Part shown: piece by piece, positions 1 to 8,596 of the stretch
Layout of the letters: the number at the start of each line of letters is the position of its first letter
Position numbering within the stretch: the stretch's first letter is position 1
DNA from: an uncultured Candidatus Saccharibacteria bacterium
GTDB taxonomy: Bacteria; Patescibacteriota; Minisyncoccia; Phycocordibacterales; CAYSCM01
Assembly (NCBI GenBank): GCA_964429815.1
Contig: CAYSCM010000001.1
Span: 32,001 to 96,000 of the forward strand
Direction of reading: 5' to 3'
DNA length: 64,000 nucleotides
The notes under the pieces: model-generated
What the model saw: only the letters and a program-made list of their open reading frames with translations
The model's database searches: none
Told to the model about the DNA's origin: nothing
Position numbers and translations under genes: made by a program

Positions 1-268
1 TTCCCCGCGCGCGAGCGTACGTGAGTGGGACGTTGTTGGAGCCCGAACCGTTGCGGGCAATGGTTTTGAGGTTGACCATCCGTGCAAGCGCATCGACAGT
101 GAGAATCTCGTGCCCAAGAAGAAGGGCGACGACCCTCTCAGGCTCCGCAAGTGCGCCTGGATTTCTTTCGTGAAGAACTTCGAGACCCGCATCCTTGGCG
201 AGAGTCTGGAAATCCTTTTTGCCCGCATAGGTTCCGGGCGTTACGACAAGAACATTTTCTTTCTGCAT
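1..268 (-). CDS. D-isomer-specific 2-hydroxyacid dehydrogenase-like protein, N-terminal part (gene continues beyond window start)
   Basis: ATG at 268..266 preceded by AAGGAG. Translation MQKENVLVVTPGTYAGKKDF...NLKTIARNGSGSNNV resembles the N-terminal substrate domain of D-2-hydroxyacid/phosphoglycerate dehydrogenases. Absent from the ORF track because there is no in-window stop. Confidence 0.4.
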   Translation of the reverse strand, partial: MQKENVLVVTPGTYAGKKDFQTLAKDAGLEVLHERNPGALAEPERVVALLLGHEILTVDALARMVNLKTIARNGSGSNNVPLTYARARG

Positions 269-386
269 GCCCTTCTCCTTCTTTCGTGGCCAACTCATGG
301 GGCCCCTCGCAGTTGTTCGGGTTTGAGACGTGCAAAATCCTGGGCCATACTACTTACCGCTTGTCAAATAGTCAACTCCCCGATCT

Positions 387-419
387 ATAAAAAGTTAAGA
401 GCGGTCCGAAGACCGCTCT
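387..419 (-). terminator. rho-independent terminator after the KdsC-like gene
   Basis: AGAGCGGTC-CGAA-GACCGCTCT hairpin at 398..419. It is preceded on the plus strand by an A-run (387..397), which is a T-run on the minus strand. Confidence 0.5.
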
Positions 420-440
420 CGTAGGGCAGAAATCCGCAGG

Positions 441-1028
441 TTAGCCGTAGGGCAGCTCAAAGGGATCCTTCTTGTGGACGACTTCGACCAGGAAGTTCGC
501 GAGGTCGCGAATCGCACCCTCGCCGCCTGGCCGGATGCTCACGAAGTGGCAAATCCTCTTGATGGCCTCCTCGCCGGAGATCGGCGCTGCCGAAAAGTGC
601 ACGGCCTTGAGCATCGCGACATCGACAAGGTCGTCGCCCATGGCCCCGCATTGATTAAGTGTTCCCCCGTGTTTGGCGAGCCATTCCTTGAGCGTCTCGA
701 GCTTCTTGGGCCCGCCGCACCCTTCGAAAAGGTCGATGGGGGGCCAGGCACCGCTTTTGCAGGAAGGGAGATTGTTCAGCCGCTCTACGAGCGCGCGGAC
801 ACCGGCTGCGTTATCATCCTTCTCGTTGGTGATGACGCACAGGCGGATGCCGAGCGCCCGCATAAGAGAGAGCCCCTGGCCGTCGTAGTACGTGCGGATT
901 TTGGGTTTGAATTTCACGCCCCCGATCTCGACGCCTTCCCACACGGTGTTTGGAAAAAGGCATCCGTCGGAATCAAACGCGAAGAAAGAGACTTCGCGGG
1001 CACGTTCGAGTACTTCGGTGGACCACAT
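441..1028 (-). CDS. HAD-IIIA phosphatase, KdsC family (3-deoxy-ulosonate phosphate phosphatase-like)
   Basis: FAFDSDGCL (DxDG), GDDLVDVAMLK and GGEGAIRDL motifs typical of KdsC. AGGAGG lies 7 nt upstream of the ATG at 1028. The track ORF extends to 1082, but that start lacks an RBS. Confidence 0.7.
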   Translation of the reverse strand: MWSTEVLERAREVSFFAFDSDGCLFPNTVWEGVEIGGVKFKPKIRTYYDGQGLSLMRALGIRLCVITNEKDDNAAGVRALVERLNNLPSCKSGAWPPIDLFEGCGGPKKLETLKEWLAKHGGTLNQCGAMGDDLVDVAMLKAVHFSAAPISGEEAIKRICHFVSIRPGGEGAIRDLANFLVEVVHKKDPFELPYG

Positions 1029-1160
1029 GGTCCCTCCTGTTTGTTTGTTGGCTACTGTTTGGCCGGACGCATTCTGACACATCCATTTTATTTGTCAATA
1101 TTCTTCCAGGCTGTCTGGCAATAGAAACCCGTGCTAAGCTTCGCGAGTAACAAACGCGCT

Positions 1161-1697
1161 ATGGACCACCTTAGTCCAGAACTTAGGAAGAAATTCTCGC
1201 AGGTACAGTTTCTCGCGCTCGACTTCGACGGCATTTTCACCACGGGCCACGTGTACGTGCGCCAAGATGGAGAAGAAAGCGTTAAGTGCGACCGGCGCGA
1301 CGGCTTTGGGATTGAGCTTCTGCGCCGAGCCGGAGCCGTTAAAGCTTGCATCATCTCGCGAGAGCCAAACCCCGTCGTGACGGCGCGCGCAAAAAAGCTC
1401 CAACTCCCGGTGTGGCAAGGGATCGAGCGCGGAGGAGGAAAGCTCGAGGTACTCAAAGCTCACGTGGCCGAGCTCGGCATTGCGCTTGAGAACGTCGCAT
1501 ACATGGGGGATGACCTCATCGACATTGCGGTGCTACGAAGCGTCGGACTCCCTATCAGCGTCCCGAACGCCCATCCGAAAGCGCAGAGAGAGGCCCTCTA
1601 CGTCACCAGAGCAGGCGGCGGGGACGGAGCGATCCGTGAGGTCGCCGAGCTTCTCTTGCTAAGCAAAGGTTTCGACCTCGAGGAGCTCTCCCGTTAG
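1161..1697 (+). CDS. HAD-IIIA phosphatase, KdsC family (second divergent paralogue)
   Basis: LALDFDGIF, GDDLIDIAVLRSVGLP and GGDGAIREVAELLL align along the whole length with KdsC. Alternative GTG start at 1131. Divergently oriented to the first paralogue. Confidence 0.65.
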   Translation: MDHLSPELRKKFSQVQFLALDFDGIFTTGHVYVRQDGEESVKCDRRDGFGIELLRRAGAVKACIISREPNPVVTARAKKLQLPVWQGIERGGGKLEVLKAHVAELGIALENVAYMGDDLIDIAVLRSVGLPISVPNAHPKAQREALYVTRAGGGDGAIREVAELLLLSKGFDLEELSR

Positions 1698-1737
1698 CCC
1701 AGTGACCCTTTATATGCGTGGTATGGTTATCTCACCT

Positions 1738-2454
1738 ATGAAAAACGATGTCGTGCTAGTGATCCCGGCTCGCGGTGGAAGCAAGGGAGTGCCGCGGAAA
1801 AATATCCGCCCGCTCTATGGAAAGCCCTTGGTTGCCTACACCATTGAAGCGGCGCTTTCCTCAGGAGCCATTAGCCGCGTTATTGTCTCGACCGATGATC
1901 AAGAGATTGGAGCAGTGGCAGAAAAATTTGGTGCGGAGTATCTTGACCGACCGAAAGAAATTTCCGGTGATAAGGTGACACTCGAGCCGGTGATTAAACA
2001 CGCTCTTGCGGCGCTAAAAGAAAAGGAAAACTACGTACCCACCTACATTGCCTGCATTCAGCCGACTTCCCCACTCCTTAGTGGAGATGTTATACGACGT
2101 TGTGTGGAAAAACTTACAAAAGAAAATTTTGATTCATGCATTACTGCGTTTTTGCCTGACACCTACGAATGGAAGTGGAGTCCAATCGTCAAAGACGGTA
2201 AAGAAGTCGGCTTCGAACCTGAACGACCTGTTATGAAGCGCGTGGTGCGGCAAGATTTGCCCAAGGTTTACCACGAGAACGGCGCCTTTTACGTCACCAA
2301 GACCTCACTTTTTAACGAAATCGGCCATCGCTGGGGAGGCAAGATGGCGATCGTTGAGATGACGCAGTTGAATTCTATACAAGTCGATAGCGAAGACCAA
2401 TTCTGGTTTATTGAACAGATCCTCCGCAAGCGCGAAAAAGACAACAAATCGTAG
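1738..2454 (+). CDS. CMP-nonulosonic acid synthetase (acylneuraminate cytidylyltransferase, NeuA/PseF/LegF family)
   Basis: The N-terminal VLVIPARGGSKGVPRKN motif is diagnostic of the NeuA-type cytidylyltransferase family. The track ORF starts at GTG 1702. ATG 1738 gives the canonical MK-x4-IPARGGSKG N-terminus. Confidence 0.7.
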   Translation: MKNDVVLVIPARGGSKGVPRKNIRPLYGKPLVAYTIEAALSSGAISRVIVSTDDQEIGAVAEKFGAEYLDRPKEISGDKVTLEPVIKHALAALKEKENYVPTYIACIQPTSPLLSGDVIRRCVEKLTKENFDSCITAFLPDTYEWKWSPIVKDGKEVGFEPERPVMKRVVRQDLPKVYHENGAFYVTKTSLFNEIGHRWGGKMAIVEMTQLNSIQVDSEDQFWFIEQILRKREKDNKS

Positions 2455-2511
2455 CCGCAGTCACTAGACAAATCATCGATTTTCTGGTCTATTGACACCA
2501 GTAACAGATCG

Positions 2512-2544
2512 CCCTCTAAAAATGTTTAGAGGGTAGGCTCTTTT
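2512..2544 (+). terminator. possible weak terminator hairpin between the cytidylyltransferase and radical SAM genes
   Basis: CCCTCTAAA-AATG-TTTAGAGGG 9-bp stem followed by TAGGCTCTTTT. A TTGACA at 2489..2494 overlaps it. Confidence 0.3.
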
Positions 2545-2564
2545 ACAGTTTACAGGAGGAACCA

Positions 2565-4307
2565 ATGACTCTCGAGCTCAGGGACTTTGTCCCGAAGAAG
2601 GCCCTCGGGCTCCATCCCGCCGACGTTGTCGCTGGGATTCCCTGGGGAGGACTCTCCGGTATGCGGGTGTGTTTCATCAACATGCCACTGCGGGAGTCCG
2701 CGAAGCCAAATACCCCGCCGCAAGGTCCCGGCCTTATGGCGGCCCGTCTTATGCAGTATGGCGCTGACGTCTCGATTATCGACCTCAACGGCTACCGTAT
2801 CGATGACGAAGAAGCGCACAAGCGCGGACTCGTCAATGGCCGACACGTCTCCCACAATGAGGCGCGTCAGCTCATCGAGGCGACTTTCCACAAGTTCGGC
2901 GAACCGCACGTGATTGGCCTTTCGGGGAAAATCACGACGTTGCGCTGGCAGGAGTGGACCGCCAAGACGTGTCGTTCGCTCGCTCCAGAGGCGTTTCTCA
3001 TCTCCGGCGGTGGGCTCGCGACCGAGTTCAAAGAAGGACTCTTCAGCTGGGTGCCGCAGCTCGACGCGGTCGGCCACTCGGAAGGCGACGACATCATGGT
3101 CGCCTGCGTGAATGACGTTCGCAAGAGCGGAGGCAAGCGCGAGCGCATGACCGACTCGCCCTACTACGTGGGCGAAATCGGCGGACGCCACCGCTTCCTC
3201 TATGCGGGCGATCGACCAAGGGACCTCGATGCGCTACCGTTTGCTGCGCTCGAACTTCTCGAAGAAGACGTCTTTGGCAATCGCATACTCGACGAGTACA
3301 TCGCGACCCCCGTATGGGGACTCGCGGCGAACAACTCGTCGGCGGCACCTTTCGAGATGAGGAAGTCTCTCACGACCGTCTCCTCTCGCGGCTGTCCGTA
3401 TGCCTGCGCGTTCTGCTTCCGTGGAGCGCAAGGCGAGCAAAAGTGGGGGATCCGCTCCCCCGAGAACCTGCGAGCCGAAGCCGAGTGGATGATTCGGAAG
3501 TATGGCGTGGATTTCATCGGGTTTCCCGATGACAACTTTGCCGTAAGCGTCAAGCGCTGCCAATCGCTTCCGGAGGCCTTTGACGGGCTCTCGTTTCGTT
3601 GGGGCACGCATACGCGCCTTGACGAATGCACGCTCGATCGGATCGTGCCCATGGCGAAAGCTGGGTGCATCTATATCGGCGTCGGTGCCGAATCGGCCTC
3701 GAAACACACCCTCTACCGCATGAAAAAGGGCGGACACATCGTCCGCAAGGACGGCGTGGAGCGTCTCACGAAATGGAACGGGTTCGAATTTCCGACAACG
3801 ATGATCGAGGGGATTCGAAATTGCCGAGACGTGGGTATCCACGTGAACGCGACCTGGATCATGGGATACCCAGGGGAAACCTTGGAGGACCTCAAGACCT
3901 CGGTTGCTTTCATTTCCTGGCAACAGGAGCACTACACCAAGGGATTGGTGCCCGGCACGCCGGAGTATCAAAATGCCTCGGCGTCGGTGAATCGACGCAT
4001 GTTCACGGCGACGTGGTATCCGGGGACCACCATGGTGGAAGCCCCCGAAGCCACGAAACCGCGGGAGCTCCTCGGCGAGCACTTCGGGATTCGTTTCGTC
4101 GAGAAAGGAAGCGGGCATGCACACAAGTTCGTCCCCGTTCCCGACGACGCAATGAAAGCCTATGTGCTGGAACTCGATGACGCGACTAAGATCCTCCACG
4201 GATCCGACGGAGCGCCCATCAACTACTCGGACATGCCGGAGGAGGTCTTCCTCGAGGCCCGTAGTCACATCGATTCGGGTCAAACGGAAAAGATCCTGTC
4301 GATGTAA
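2565..4307 (+). CDS. B12-binding (class B) radical SAM enzyme, probable radical methyltransferase acting on a sugar
   Basis: N-terminal cobalamin-binding-like domain (MRVCFINMPL...ADVSIIDLNGYRI). CxxxCxxC cluster in SSRGCPYACAFCF. AGGAGG 6 nt upstream of the ATG. Confidence 0.75.
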   Translation: MTLELRDFVPKKALGLHPADVVAGIPWGGLSGMRVCFINMPLRESAKPNTPPQGPGLMAARLMQYGADVSIIDLNGYRIDDEEAHKRGLVNGRHVSHNEARQLIEATFHKFGEPHVIGLSGKITTLRWQEWTAKTCRSLAPEAFLISGGGLATEFKEGLFSWVPQLDAVGHSEGDDIMVACVNDVRKSGGKRERMTDSPYYVGEIGGRHRFLYAGDRPRDLDALPFAALELLEEDVFGNRILDEYIATPVWGLAANNSSAAPFEMRKSLTTVSSRGCPYACAFCFRGAQGEQKWGIRSPENLRAEAEWMIRKYGVDFIGFPDDNFAVSVKRCQSLPEAFDGLSFRWGTHTRLDECTLDRIVPMAKAGCIYIGVGAESASKHTLYRMKKGGHIVRKDGVERLTKWNGFEFPTTMIEGIRNCRDVGIHVNATWIMGYPGETLEDLKTSVAFISWQQEHYTKGLVPGTPEYQNASASVNRRMFTATWYPGTTMVEAPEATKPRELLGEHFGIRFVEKGSGHAHKFVPVPDDAMKAYVLELDDATKILHGSDGAPINYSDMPEEVFLEARSHIDSGQTEKILSM

Positions 4308-4324
4308 TCCAGTTCTCTCACTCA

Positions 4325-4358
4325 GGGACCGCAGCAATGCGGTCCTTTTTTATTTTTA
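4325..4358 (+). terminator. rho-independent terminator
   Basis: GGACCGCA-GCAA-TGCGGTCC hairpin followed by TTTTTTATTTTTA. Confidence 0.7.
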
Positions 4359-4431
4359 TGGTCGTTCGCATCCTCATCCTGACCAATCATCGTGCTTTTT
4401 GATGTGAGCGTGCTTTAGGTATAGTGGAGCG

Positions 4432-5394
4432 ATGAAGATAGTACGGTGGTCCATACCCAAGCACCTCGATCTGTCGATTGAGATTTCCGGTAGAGAACAT
4501 ATGGCACAGGGAGAAAAGATGGGGTCTACGAAAGCCTTGGATGTCCTGCGCGGAATAACCTTCAGCGGCTCAGCGCCGGCGATACAGTTTGCCGATGTCG
4601 AGTCTTTATTTTCCTTTGTAGAAAAAAAATTTTTACATAAGACATTTGCGGGAGTCGGCATCGAAGTCGGCGCGGGGCCGATGATATTTAGCTCGCTCCT
4701 TACGCGCTCACGACCAAACATTCAACAGATGTATGGAATCGAACTAAGTGGCGGTATCGTAGAATTCATTGCCCCGGGAGTGGTTGATGAATTGCTGGGA
4801 CCCAAGAGTGAAAAGGTAGTCGGGGTCATCGGCAGTTTCGACGCGATGGAGCTTACAAGCGAGAGTGTCGATTTTGTTCTTGATTTTATGTCGCTTCACC
4901 ATGCGACCGACCTCGGAGAGGCGTTCGCCGAATGCTACCGGGTGCTAAAACCAGGCGGCTTCGTTGTTCTTTTTGACAAGGCTCGCCCCGATTCCTTCAC
5001 CTCTCAAGACCTGGAGGGATTGCTCAATACCGAGTACAGCGATGAAGAGAAAAAACGCTTTGGGGTGCCTTCCGGCGAACACTTTACACGCCGGATGAAC
5101 GGGGAAAAAGAATACCGGCTTAAAGATTGGTCGGCGGGGGCCTTAGAGGCCGGTTTCCCGACCCTTATGCATTGGCGACTCGCGCGCACCAACGTGCCGG
5201 GTATCTCAGGATTGTACCGACGTTTGCTTTCTCATGTGCCGCTACGCACCCAGATGGCTACTACCGCTATTGCACAAAGCGTACTGGGCAGCGGCTCAAG
5301 AGTGAAGTTTTCACAAAAAAATTTGGTGTACTCGCGGTACGTGAACCCCTTCCCCCGCGAGATCTCGCTCATGATCGCGCACAAGGCTTACTAA
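4432..5394 (+). CDS. class I SAM-dependent methyltransferase
   Basis: GIEVGAGPM glycine-rich motif I and LKPGGFVVL motif. Start uncertain: ATG 4432 sits 7 nt after a TATAGT hexamer, and an internal ATG at 4519 follows GGGAGA. Confidence 0.6.
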   Translation: MKIVRWSIPKHLDLSIEISGREHMAQGEKMGSTKALDVLRGITFSGSAPAIQFADVESLFSFVEKKFLHKTFAGVGIEVGAGPMIFSSLLTRSRPNIQQMYGIELSGGIVEFIAPGVVDELLGPKSEKVVGVIGSFDAMELTSESVDFVLDFMSLHHATDLGEAFAECYRVLKPGGFVVLFDKARPDSFTSQDLEGLLNTEYSDEEKKRFGVPSGEHFTRRMNGEKEYRLKDWSAGALEAGFPTLMHWRLARTNVPGISGLYRRLLSHVPLRTQMATTAIAQSVLGSGSRVKFSQKNLVYSRYVNPFPREISLMIAHKAY

Positions 5395-6299
5395 CTTCTC
5401 CACGCGCTCAGGTCGCGCCCGGTAAATGCCTCGAGTTTTTGCAGTTCGGGTTCATAGCGAGCGCGGAGGGCTTCTTTGAGCTTCGGGTCGAGCGTCCCGT
5501 AGCTAGCTTCCCCGGTCCCCGCCCTCGTGTCGATGGAGCGCACTACTTTTTGGTGGAGCGGCGTTTTGCGGAAGAGGGAGAGGAGGGGCTCTCCGAATGG
5601 CAGGGCTTTGAGTAGCTTCCGCGCCCTGAGCGCGTGTCTGCGCAAGAGTGTCGCTCCGGCGGAATTTATGGTCGTGGCGAGCGAGGGCGGCACGAACGAG
5701 GCATCGACGCCGATGAAAGAAAAGATATCTCTCATATATTTTTTTGGGTCGGCACGCATATCGTCATAGAACGTAATGAGTATCTGGTCGCGGGAAAATA
5801 CCTTGAGATAATTTTCGAGGTGCTTCATATAGAAGCTCTCCTCGATAAACGACGGTTTAGTTTTAATAATTTCCTCAAGGGTTGGGAGCTCATGTGCGCC
5901 CTTTAGCTTCGTGTACATGTAGTGGGAAAAAAAGCGCTCCGTAGGGTTTCGCAATACCGCAATGATCTTCGCTTTAGGAAAATGTGTACGGAGGCGCTCC
6001 GGCACCTCGGGTGCGTGAATATAGATAGGAGTGACTTCTCCGTATACCCTCTTCCCTACACAGTGACCAAAATGTTCAAAATACCCTTCGAGAGCGCCGT
6101 TGTATTTTGTTTTCCCCACCAAATCAGTGCGCCAGAAACTTTGCGTCGTGTTAAAAAAGTTGAGCTCTTTGGGTTCGGAAACACAGACCTCGGGGTGCTC
6201 TTTGAGACATTGGTGGAGCCAGGTGGTGCCCGTCCGCTCCGGACCAATCACGAAGAAATCAATGGAAAAAGGCTTTGCTGTAGATGAAATGGTACTCAT
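5391..6299 (-). CDS. sulfotransferase family protein (PAPS-dependent)
   Basis: 5'-PSB-like motif FFVIGPERTGTTWLHQ and 3'-PB-like motif RNPTERFFSHY. Confidence 0.65.
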   Translation of the reverse strand: MSTISSTAKPFSIDFFVIGPERTGTTWLHQCLKEHPEVCVSEPKELNFFNTTQSFWRTDLVGKTKYNGALEGYFEHFGHCVGKRVYGEVTPIYIHAPEVPERLRTHFPKAKIIAVLRNPTERFFSHYMYTKLKGAHELPTLEEIIKTKPSFIEESFYMKHLENYLKVFSRDQILITFYDDMRADPKKYMRDIFSFIGVDASFVPPSLATTINSAGATLLRRHALRARKLLKALPFGEPLLSLFRKTPLHQKVVRSIDTRAGTGEASYGTLDPKLKEALRARYEPELQKLEAFTGRDLSAWRS

Positions 6300-6931
6300 G
6301 AGGCCGTCGGGATGGATTCCTTGTCGCGGTTTGAGAAAAACAGGTAGTCGACGATGGCGTGGAAGAAAACCGCGTGAAGCGCCTCAACGGGACCGTAGGC
6401 ACCTTTTCCTGTCTCAATGATTATCTTGTGGTGACAGAGGCTCTTCGCTTTGCCTCCGTCAAAACCAAGAACGCCTATCGCCGTGCCGCCCTTAGCGCAT
6501 ATGTACTCGATCGCGCGAAGCACATTGGGGGAATTGCCACTTGCGGAAATGACGATGAGCACATCGTCGGGACGAAAAATGTGCTTAAGCTGGTCCGCAA
6601 AAACGTTCTCGTAGCCGACATCGTTCCCGAGCGCCGTCACGGCGGCGATATTGTTGAGCGCGTGAATACGAAACGGCTTTTCTTCCGTACCACCCCCGTT
6701 CGTGGTGAGATCGGCCGCAAAGTGAGCCGCCATGGCAGCGCTCCCCCCGTTGCCGGCGATGTAGATCGTAGAGCCCCTCTCCCGGGCCTTTTGAAGCACG
6801 TCGATAATCTCCTCGACCGCTTTGGAATCTACGGCGGAAGCAAGCTCGAAGGCATGCGCAAGATACCCTTCCATAAATTCGGGTACCGATCCTTTTGTCT
6901 TTTGATAGATGGTATCGACGTGTCCTCTCAT
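6296..6931 (-). CDS. gmhA: D-sedoheptulose-7-phosphate isomerase (SIS domain)
   Basis: IYIAGNGGSAAMAAHFAADL matches the GmhA SIS signature. 4-nt overlap with the upstream sulfotransferase gene. Confidence 0.7.
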   Translation of the reverse strand: MRGHVDTIYQKTKGSVPEFMEGYLAHAFELASAVDSKAVEEIIDVLQKARERGSTIYIAGNGGSAAMAAHFAADLTTNGGGTEEKPFRIHALNNIAAVTALGNDVGYENVFADQLKHIFRPDDVLIVISASGNSPNVLRAIEYICAKGGTAIGVLGFDGGKAKSLCHHKIIIETGKGAYGPVEALHAVFFHAIVDYLFFSNRDKESIPTAS

Positions 6932-7932
6932 AGCGTTGTGAGCACCCCGCGGATGAGCTTCCCTTCCTCGAGGTCTTTGAGGGCGGCTCCTATCTCGTCG
7001 AAGGAATACTCTTTCGTAAGTAACTTATCCAAGCACATGACCTTCGGGTTTTCAACGTATTCACGCGCGTAGCGAGGAATGTCGCGGTCGAGCTCGCTCT
7101 CTCCGCCCCAGGTGCCGTAAAGCTTTTTGCCCTTGATGAGCCCGAAAGGGTTGATCGATATGGTTTCCCCGGGCGCAAGGTTTCCTGCAATAACGACGGT
7201 CCCGGCGTCCTTGACCGCGCGGTAGGCGCTCTCCATGGCGCCCTTGTTTCCCGAACACTCGACGGCCACATCGAAATCCTTTCCCTGAAACTCTTCGGCA
7301 GAGATCGCTTCATCGACGCCGAGCTCCTTTTTCGCATGCGCGAGCTTCCACGGAACGACGTCGATCGCGGTAACGTGAGCACCCTTCATGACGGCTCGAA
7401 TGAGTGCACTCGCTCCGATCCCCCCGATGCCGAATATAACCACTCGTTTGCCGTTGAGGTCTCCTAGGCGGTCGATGATACCCATGCCGGTCGGCACCGC
7501 GCACCCAAGAAGTGCCGCAATCGCGGGCTCCACCCCTTTTGACACCTTGGTGACACGATTCTCTGAGACGACCGCAAGCTCGGTAAACGTCGCCACGGAG
7601 CCACCGTTTACCTTCCCTTCTTTGCTTTGATACGTCGGCACCGGAGCGGATATACCCTCTCCAAGGATCCAACTTGCAACCACATAATCTCCGCTCCTTA
7701 CTTTCTGCACGCCTTCTCCGGCCGCGACCACCTCCGCTGCGGCTTCATGTCCCAATAAGTGGGGAATATATTCCGCTCCTTTCCTGCCGCGGATTTCATT
7801 GAGTTGGCTGTGGCAAAGTCCTGTCGCTAGCACTTTAATAAGTACCTGCCCCTTTTGAAGGGAGGGAACCTCAAGCTCCTCGATGGAGAGCGGTCCACCG
7901 ACGACGCGGAGTACTGCAGCGCGCGTTTTCAT
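6928..7932 (-). CDS. zinc-dependent medium-chain alcohol dehydrogenase/reductase
   Basis: GLCHSQ...GHEAAAEV zinc-ligand region and GIGGIGASALIRA Rossmann motif. ATG at 7932 (MKTRAAVL), the typical ADH N-terminus. Confidence 0.65.
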   Translation of the reverse strand: MKTRAAVLRVVGGPLSIEELEVPSLQKGQVLIKVLATGLCHSQLNEIRGRKGAEYIPHLLGHEAAAEVVAAGEGVQKVRSGDYVVASWILGEGISAPVPTYQSKEGKVNGGSVATFTELAVVSENRVTKVSKGVEPAIAALLGCAVPTGMGIIDRLGDLNGKRVVIFGIGGIGASALIRAVMKGAHVTAIDVVPWKLAHAKKELGVDEAISAEEFQGKDFDVAVECSGNKGAMESAYRAVKDAGTVVIAGNLAPGETISINPFGLIKGKKLYGTWGGESELDRDIPRYAREYVENPKVMCLDKLLTKEYSFDEIGAALKDLEEGKLIRGVLTTL

Positions 7933-7933
7933 G

Positions 7934-8587
7934 CTAGGGGATAAACCAGTAGTAGTCACCCGTGTAGCCGACCTCGGCGAAGAGTTTTTTCCAATCATCG
8001 ACAGATAGGATGGTCTTTGCAGTAAGATTCCACTTCATCATGCGATCCTTCTCTTCTTCATGGTGGTAGGCGTCGACGGTAATGAACGAGTGTTTTCCTT
8101 TCACACGCTCAATCTCTCGAAGAGCCTCTTTACACTCAGGCAGTGGTAGGTTGTGAATGGTGTTAATCGAAATCACGAGATCGTAGGATTTATCCGCAAA
8201 TTGACTAAGATTTCTTGCATCTCCAACCGATACTGCGCCCGCAATTGAGGGCATGGCATTTTCGATAGCGTAGGAGGAAACATCAATACCGCGAACCACC
8301 ATGTGGGGAAGCCAATAGAGAAAATCATTAAGCATAAATCCCTTAGCACACCCGACATCAAGTACCGAAGAGTTGTTGTTGAGTCCGTAGTAATTTATGA
8401 AATCCCGAACCACCGGTACCCACCTCCCATCATAGCGGAAGCCGCCGTAGCCCTGATCCCTGGTGCCATCAAAAAACTCCCTGCCAAACTTTCGGGCAGT
8501 AGCAACATCCTCAGGAGACTTTTGTCCTCGAGCTTCAATGTTGCGTTTGGCTTTTGGATATTTCGAAAGAAGATCGATTTCTGCCAT
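7934..8587 (-). CDS. class I SAM-dependent methyltransferase
   Basis: VLDVGCAKG motif I and DLVISINTIHNLP motif. Confidence 0.6.
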   Translation of the reverse strand: MAEIDLLSKYPKAKRNIEARGQKSPEDVATARKFGREFFDGTRDQGYGGFRYDGRWVPVVRDFINYYGLNNNSSVLDVGCAKGFMLNDFLYWLPHMVVRGIDVSSYAIENAMPSIAGAVSVGDARNLSQFADKSYDLVISINTIHNLPLPECKEALREIERVKGKHSFITVDAYHHEEEKDRMMKWNLTAKTILSVDDWKKLFAEVGYTGDYYWFIP

Positions 8588-8596
8588 AGTGGTTGG

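Noticed and set aside
110-424. Plus-strand ORFs 110..424 and 151..390
   Set aside because: They overlap the better-supported minus-strand dehydrogenase-like gene (RBS plus homology) and the intergenic terminator. They have no RBS and a low-complexity translation.
2550-4337. Long antisense ORFs (e.g. 3234..4337, 2550..3191) inside the radical SAM gene, and similar antisense ORFs throughout the window
   Set aside because: Typical GC-rich antisense open frames. Arg/Ser/Pro-rich low-complexity translations, no RBS, and fully contained in well-supported genes.
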